Below, piece after piece: positions 60,088-64,000 of a stretch of 64,000 nucleotides of DNA. Positions within the stretch are counted from its first letter, which is position 1, and every line of letters begins with the position of its first letter. Source of the DNA: an uncultured Clostridia bacterium. Lineage in GTDB: Bacteria > Bacillota > Dehalobacteriia > UBA4068. The translations under genes were made by a program, and so were the position numbers. Under the pieces are notes generated by a model. It saw nothing but the letters and a program-made list of their open reading frames with translations, made no database searches and was not told the origin of the DNA. The stretch covers positions 2,819-66,818 of the forward strand of contig CALYAP010000014.1 in NCBI GenBank assembly GCA_944393575.1, written 5' to 3'.

Positions 60088-61203
60088 ATGGCTAATCCAA
60101 ATATGTCCTGGGAAGAGCGTCTGCCGATGCAATTACGCTCCTTATATCGTAGCTATGGTTATCAGATATATAAAATGTCTGATTTTGAGACCTATGATCT
60201 TTATCGGGAGAATAAAAATTTTCTCTCTGATAATAATGTTTTGACTTTTACCGATATTGATGGCCGTTTGATGGCGCTTAAGCCAGATGTGACGATCAGT
60301 ATTGCTAAGGATACCAAGCCAGAGGAAATGATTAGAAAACTATTTTATTCTGAGCATGTTTTTCGCCGGATGCCGGGAGCTAACCAGTTTACTGAGATTA
60401 AGCAAATGGGGTTAGAGTATATCGGCGCAGATACCGGCTATGCCGAAGCGGAAGTCATTTCCCTGGCTTGTCAGAGCTTAGCAGCTATTAACCAGGAGTA
60501 CTTTCTTGGCGTCAGCCATATGGGTTATATCTCAGCCTTGATGGACGAGCTAAAGATAGATGATCCTACTCAAGAAATCCTCCTTCAGGCTATCGGCCGT
60601 AAAAGCGCTGGCGATATAGCTATTGCGTTAAAAGATATTTGTTTGACTAAAAAGCAGCAGGCTGCAGTCTTTTCGCTGATCGATCTTCCTGCGTCGTTAG
60701 ATGAAGCTTTGGATCAGTTGAGATCGATGGCTTTGAATACAGATATGCTTAACGCTATTAGCGAATTAGAGGCGGTTTTCAGCGCCTGTGAGGTTTGGGG
60801 TCTGAAGCCTAGATTAAGAATGGAATTATCTCTGCTCAATGATTTAGAGTATTATAATGGTATTGTCTTCCAGGGATATATCAAAGGATTGCCACGAGCG
60901 ATATTGAGCGGTGGCCGTTATGATAAATTATTGCAACGTTTTGGTAAAAGCCAGCCGGCTTTAGGATTTGCCATTTATCTCAATGATATTTGGGGGGCGT
61001 TTGTGCAACCTAGAGATTATGATGTAGATATCCTGCTAATCTACACAGATCAGACTCCCTGTCAGATAGCTGAAGCTGTACAAGAAATATTAGCAGAGGG
61101 GAAAACAGTACTGGCTGCTAAAGATATACCGCCGGAGATTAGCGCTAGGCAGGTAGTTCAGTTAAACGATATTTTGGCAACTAAGGAGAATGACAAATGC
61201 TGA
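60088..61203 (+). CDS. hisZ: ATP phosphoribosyltransferase regulatory subunit
   Basis: HisRS-like catalytic core without anticodon domain, immediately upstream of a short-form hisG; the exact start is uncertain. Confidence 0.85.
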   Translation: MANPNMSWEERLPMQLRSLYRSYGYQIYKMSDFETYDLYRENKNFLSDNNVLTFTDIDGRLMALKPDVTISIAKDTKPEEMIRKLFYSEHVFRRMPGANQFTEIKQMGLEYIGADTGYAEAEVISLACQSLAAINQEYFLGVSHMGYISALMDELKIDDPTQEILLQAIGRKSAGDIAIALKDICLTKKQQAAVFSLIDLPASLDEALDQLRSMALNTDMLNAISELEAVFSACEVWGLKPRLRMELSLLNDLEYYNGIVFQGYIKGLPRAILSGGRYDKLLQRFGKSQPALGFAIYLNDIWGAFVQPRDYDVDILLIYTDQTPCQIAEAVQEILAEGKTVLAAKDIPPEISARQVVQLNDILATKENDKC

Positions 61204-61814
61204 ATATAGCTCTGCCTACTGGCAGAATGGGGGAAAAGGCTTACCGCTGTTTTGCGGATATTGGTTATGCCTGCCCAGGAATGGAAAACCAAAATCGCAA
61301 ATTAGTTTTTGTCGACGAAAAACGTGGTTTGCGATATATGCTGGTCAAACCAAAAGATGTGGCTATGTATGTTGAATATGGCGCAGCAGATATCGGCGTC
61401 GTAGGACGTGATGTCATTATGGAAAGCCAGCCGGATATTTATGAGCTGCTCGATCTGGAATTTGGTAAATGTCGCTTTGCTGTTGCCGCGCCGGAGGGGT
61501 GGCATGATGATCTTAGCCGGCCTTTGCGGGTGGCTACTACTTATTGCCATGTTACTAGTGAATATTTCCTTAGTGTGGGCAGACAAATAGAAACAATCAT
61601 GCTTCATGGTAGTGTGGAATTAGCTCCCTTGATTGGTCTATCAGATGTAATAGTTGATATTGTTGAGTCAGGTACCACGCTAAGAGAAAATAAATTGGTG
61701 GTTGTGGCGGAGATTGCTCCTTCCAGTGCCCGCTTGATCGCCAATAAGAGCAGTTATCAGTTCAATCGAGAACTTATCGATGAAATCAGAAGTAAAATGG
61801 AGGCTGCGAAATGA
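61197..61814 (+). CDS. hisG: ATP phosphoribosyltransferase, short form
   Basis: MLNIALPTGRM...; ~205 aa. Confidence 0.95.
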   Translation: MLNIALPTGRMGEKAYRCFADIGYACPGMENQNRKLVFVDEKRGLRYMLVKPKDVAMYVEYGAADIGVVGRDVIMESQPDIYELLDLEFGKCRFAVAAPEGWHDDLSRPLRVATTYCHVTSEYFLSVGRQIETIMLHGSVELAPLIGLSDVIVDIVESGTTLRENKLVVVAEIAPSSARLIANKSSYQFNRELIDEIRSKMEAAK

Positions 61815-63097
61815 TTCGCATATACGAGGGTAGTGAATTTAATGAGGATGTACTGCTTGCCCGGAGGCAAAGTGTTAAAGATGATAGAGTGGAGCAGATT
61901 GTCGCTGAGATAATAGAGCATGTAAAAACCGAAGGCGATGTAGCTTTACGGGAGTATAGTGCTCGCTTTGATCATGCTAATATCGAAAAACTGCGTGTAT
62001 CCAAAAAAGAGATAGAAGCTGCCTGGGAACATACTGATGAGGAATTCCGTACGGTTTTGGAAAAGGCAGCTAAAAATATTCGTGACTATCATCGCAGGCA
62101 GATACGAGAAAATATTGAGATTCCTAAAGGTGATGGCATCATTTTAGGCCAGCGCTTTACTCCCATTGCCAAGGTGGGTATTTATGTGCCTGGAGGTACT
62201 GCTGCTTATCCTTCCAGCGTGCTAATGAATGCTATCCCTGCAAGCTTAGCTGGTTGTGAACAGATAGTGATGGTGACGCCTCCCTTAGCTGATGGCAGCA
62301 TTGCTCCAGATATTTTGGCTGCTGCACGTGTAGCTGGAGTTACTGATATATATAAAGTCGGCGGTGCGCAGGCTATTGCGGCTTTGGCTTATGGAACTGA
62401 GAGCATTCCGGCAGTAGATAAAATAGTCGGACCGGGAAATATTTTTGTTGCTACTGCCAAAAAACAAGTCTTTGGCATGGTAGATATCGATATGATTGCT
62501 GGTCCTAGCGAAATTTTAGTGATAGCTGATGAGGCTGCACGGCCAGATTATCTTGCTGCTGATTTGCTTTCACAGGCGGAGCATGATGTGCGGGCCTCTG
62601 CTACTTTGCTGTGTCTATCTAGAAAGAAAGCGGAGGCAGTCAAAGAAGAACTAATTGAACAGCTGCAGCAGCTGCCTAGGGAAGAGATTGCTGCTAAATC
62701 GCTTACTGATCAAGGTGCGATTATCATTGTTCATAACCTTGAACAGGCTGTTGATTTTGCTAACCGTATTGCACCTGAACACTTGGAACTAGCTGTAGCC
62801 AATCCCTTTTCCTGGTTGCCTAAGATCAAAAATGCTGGCAGTATTTTCTTAGGCGAGTATGCGCCAGAGCCTTTAGGCGATTATTGGGCTGGGCCTAATC
62901 ATGTGCTGCCTACTCTTGGTTCTGCTCGTTATTCCAGTCCATTATCAGTTGATGATTTTGTGAAACGCAGCAGCTATATTTATTATACTCAGGAAGCATT
63001 GGCAAAGGCAGCCCATGATATTGAAGTCTTTGCATCGCGTGAAGGACTTGATGCGCATGCCAATAGTATTAAGATAAGGACGGTTGAAGAAGAATGA
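61811..63097 (+). CDS. hisD: histidinol dehydrogenase
   Basis: [24 protein letters not shown] motifs. Confidence 0.95.
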   Translation: MIRIYEGSEFNEDVLLARRQSVKDDRVEQIVAEIIEHVKTEGDVALREYSARFDHANIEKLRVSKKEIEAAWEHTDEEFRTVLEKAAKNIRDYHRRQIRENIEIPKGDGIILGQRFTPIAKVGIYVPGGTAAYPSSVLMNAIPASLAGCEQIVMVTPPLADGSIAPDILAAARVAGVTDIYKVGGAQAIAALAYGTESIPAVDKIVGPGNIFVATAKKQVFGMVDIDMIAGPSEILVIADEAARPDYLAADLLSQAEHDVRASATLLCLSRKKAEAVKEELIEQLQQLPREEIAAKSLTDQGAIIIVHNLEQAVDFANRIAPEHLELAVANPFSWLPKIKNAGSIFLGEYAPEPLGDYWAGPNHVLPTLGSARYSSPLSVDDFVKRSSYIYYTQEALAKAAHDIEVFASREGLDAHANSIKIRTVEEE

Positions 63098-64000
63098 GCC
63101 GTTTTCTCAATAGCCGGTTAAACCGCTTGGCGCCGTATGTTCCGGGGGAACAACCGCGTAATACTACCCGTTTGATTAAGCTGAACACTAATGAAAATCC
63201 TTATCCCCCAGGTAATAAGGTCAAGGAAGCTCTAGCTAATGCTGCTTGCGACCAGCTGCGTCTTTATCCGGACCCAGATACTACTGCTTTGATAGCTGCG
63301 GCAGCGCAGGTATATGGCGTAAAGCGCTCCCAAATTTTACTTGGGAATGGTAGTGATGAACTGCTGGCCTTCTGCTTTCAAGCTTTTGGTGAAGATGGTG
63401 TTGCTTTCCCTGATATCAGCTATGGCTTTTATCAAGTATGGGCAGGCCTATACGGAGATATTTATACGCAAATACCGTTGCGGTCAAATTTACAGATTGC
63501 CGTTGAGGATTATGAAGGACAAAAGGGAACGGTGATTATTGCCAACCCCAATGCACCCACTGGTTTAGCTTTGCCGCTATCAGATATAAGGTTTCTTTTA
63601 GAACAGGATAAGGATCGTTTAGTGATAGTAGATGAGGCCTATGTAGATTTTAACGAAGAAAATGCCTTACCGCTCTTGGCTGAATACGATAATTTGTTGA
63701 TCATCAGGACTTTATCTAAGGGGTATTCGCTTGCCGGTGCCCGTATCGGACTGGCTATTGGCAGCGAGGCTATCATCGATGATTTGCGGCGGATCAAGTT
63801 CAGTTTTAACCCTTACAATATCAACCGCTTAAGCCTTTTAGCAGGTGAAGCTGGTTTGCTAGATCAGGAGTATTTTAGCCAATGCCGGGAACGGGTCATT
63901 GCCTCCAGACAAAGATTACAAGCTGCCTTGTGCGAAATGGGCTTTACTATTCCGGATAGTCGCGCTAATTTTCTTTTTGTTGGAGAGCATCCGCAGATAA
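63094..64000 (+). CDS. hisC: histidinol-phosphate aminotransferase, 3'-partial at window edge
   Basis: ATGA overlap with hisD; LNTNENPYPP and class-II aminotransferase fold. Confidence 0.9.
   Translation, partial: MSRFLNSRLNRLAPYVPGEQPRNTTRLIKLNTNENPYPPGNKVKEALANAACDQLRLYPDPDTTALIAAAAQVYGVKRSQILLGNGSDELLAFCFQAFGEDGVAFPDISYGFYQVWAGLYGDIYTQIPLRSNLQIAVEDYEGQKGTVIIANPNAPTGLALPLSDIRFLLEQDKDRLVIVDEAYVDFNEENALPLLAEYDNLLIIRTLSKGYSLAGARIGLAIGSEAIIDDLRRIKFSFNPYNINRLSLLAGEAGLLDQEYFSQCRERVIASRQRLQAALCEMGFTIPDSRANFLFVGEHPQI

Noticed and set aside
1-64000. CRISPR arrays, tRNA/rRNA genes, transposases or integrases
   Set aside because: No regularly spaced direct repeats, no tRNA-like cloverleaf candidates or rRNA signatures, and no transposase or recombinase-like ORFs were recognised anywhere in the window.

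Overview
This 64-kb window looks like chromosome from an endospore-forming Firmicute with Clostridia-type gene content and roughly 42-50% GC by eye. The sporulation genes present are sigG, spoIIR, spoIID and ylmC/ymxH. The division/housekeeping cluster sepF-yggS-yggT-ileS is present, as are ireB, ruvX and a DUF1292 gene downstream of alaS. Most of the window is conserved housekeeping: ppiB-like cyclophilin, a phosphofructokinase, dinB, nrdR, pyrB, lspA, rluD, rarA, iscU, mnmA, corA, glmU, prs, pth, mfd, murA, ppa and hisZGDC.

The accessory or unusual content is as follows:
- Two ECF sigma/anti-sigma pairs whose anti-sigma factors carry large extracytoplasmic beta-propeller domains.
- A dinB locus with a perfect LexA (Cheo) box, flanked by three tiny genes, two of which are below the ORF-track cutoff.
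- A tightly coupled five-gene FAD/Fe-S dehydrogenase operon of the HcnABC / opine-oxidase / PDH1 type.
- The most interesting feature: a translationally coupled six-gene operon at 8.1-12.3 kb. It encodes three divergent flavodoxin-fold proteins, two uncharacterised polytopic membrane proteins and a DUF4177-like mini-protein. One flavodoxin-fold protein has an Isf-type compact Cys motif but no FMN phosphate loop; one is membrane-anchored; one is HemG-like. The operon is bounded on both sides by unusually long non-coding stretches of 0.6 and 1.1 kb, and the downstream one is hairpin-rich and terminator-capped.
- A membrane-anchored XRE regulator with tandem iterons, divergent from a PRC-barrel gene.
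- A corA leader with an anti-SD hairpin and an upstream ORF.
- An orphan E. coli-type pyrB.
- An aldo-keto reductase/ferredoxin fusion inserted in the alaS-ireB-ruvX cluster.
- A degenerate-GGDEF/HD-GYP protein.

I found no rRNA, tRNA, CRISPR array, transposase or integrase. Start coordinates in the ORF track are often too far upstream because the track takes the first NTG codon; I corrected them where the RBS or a homologous N-terminus allowed.
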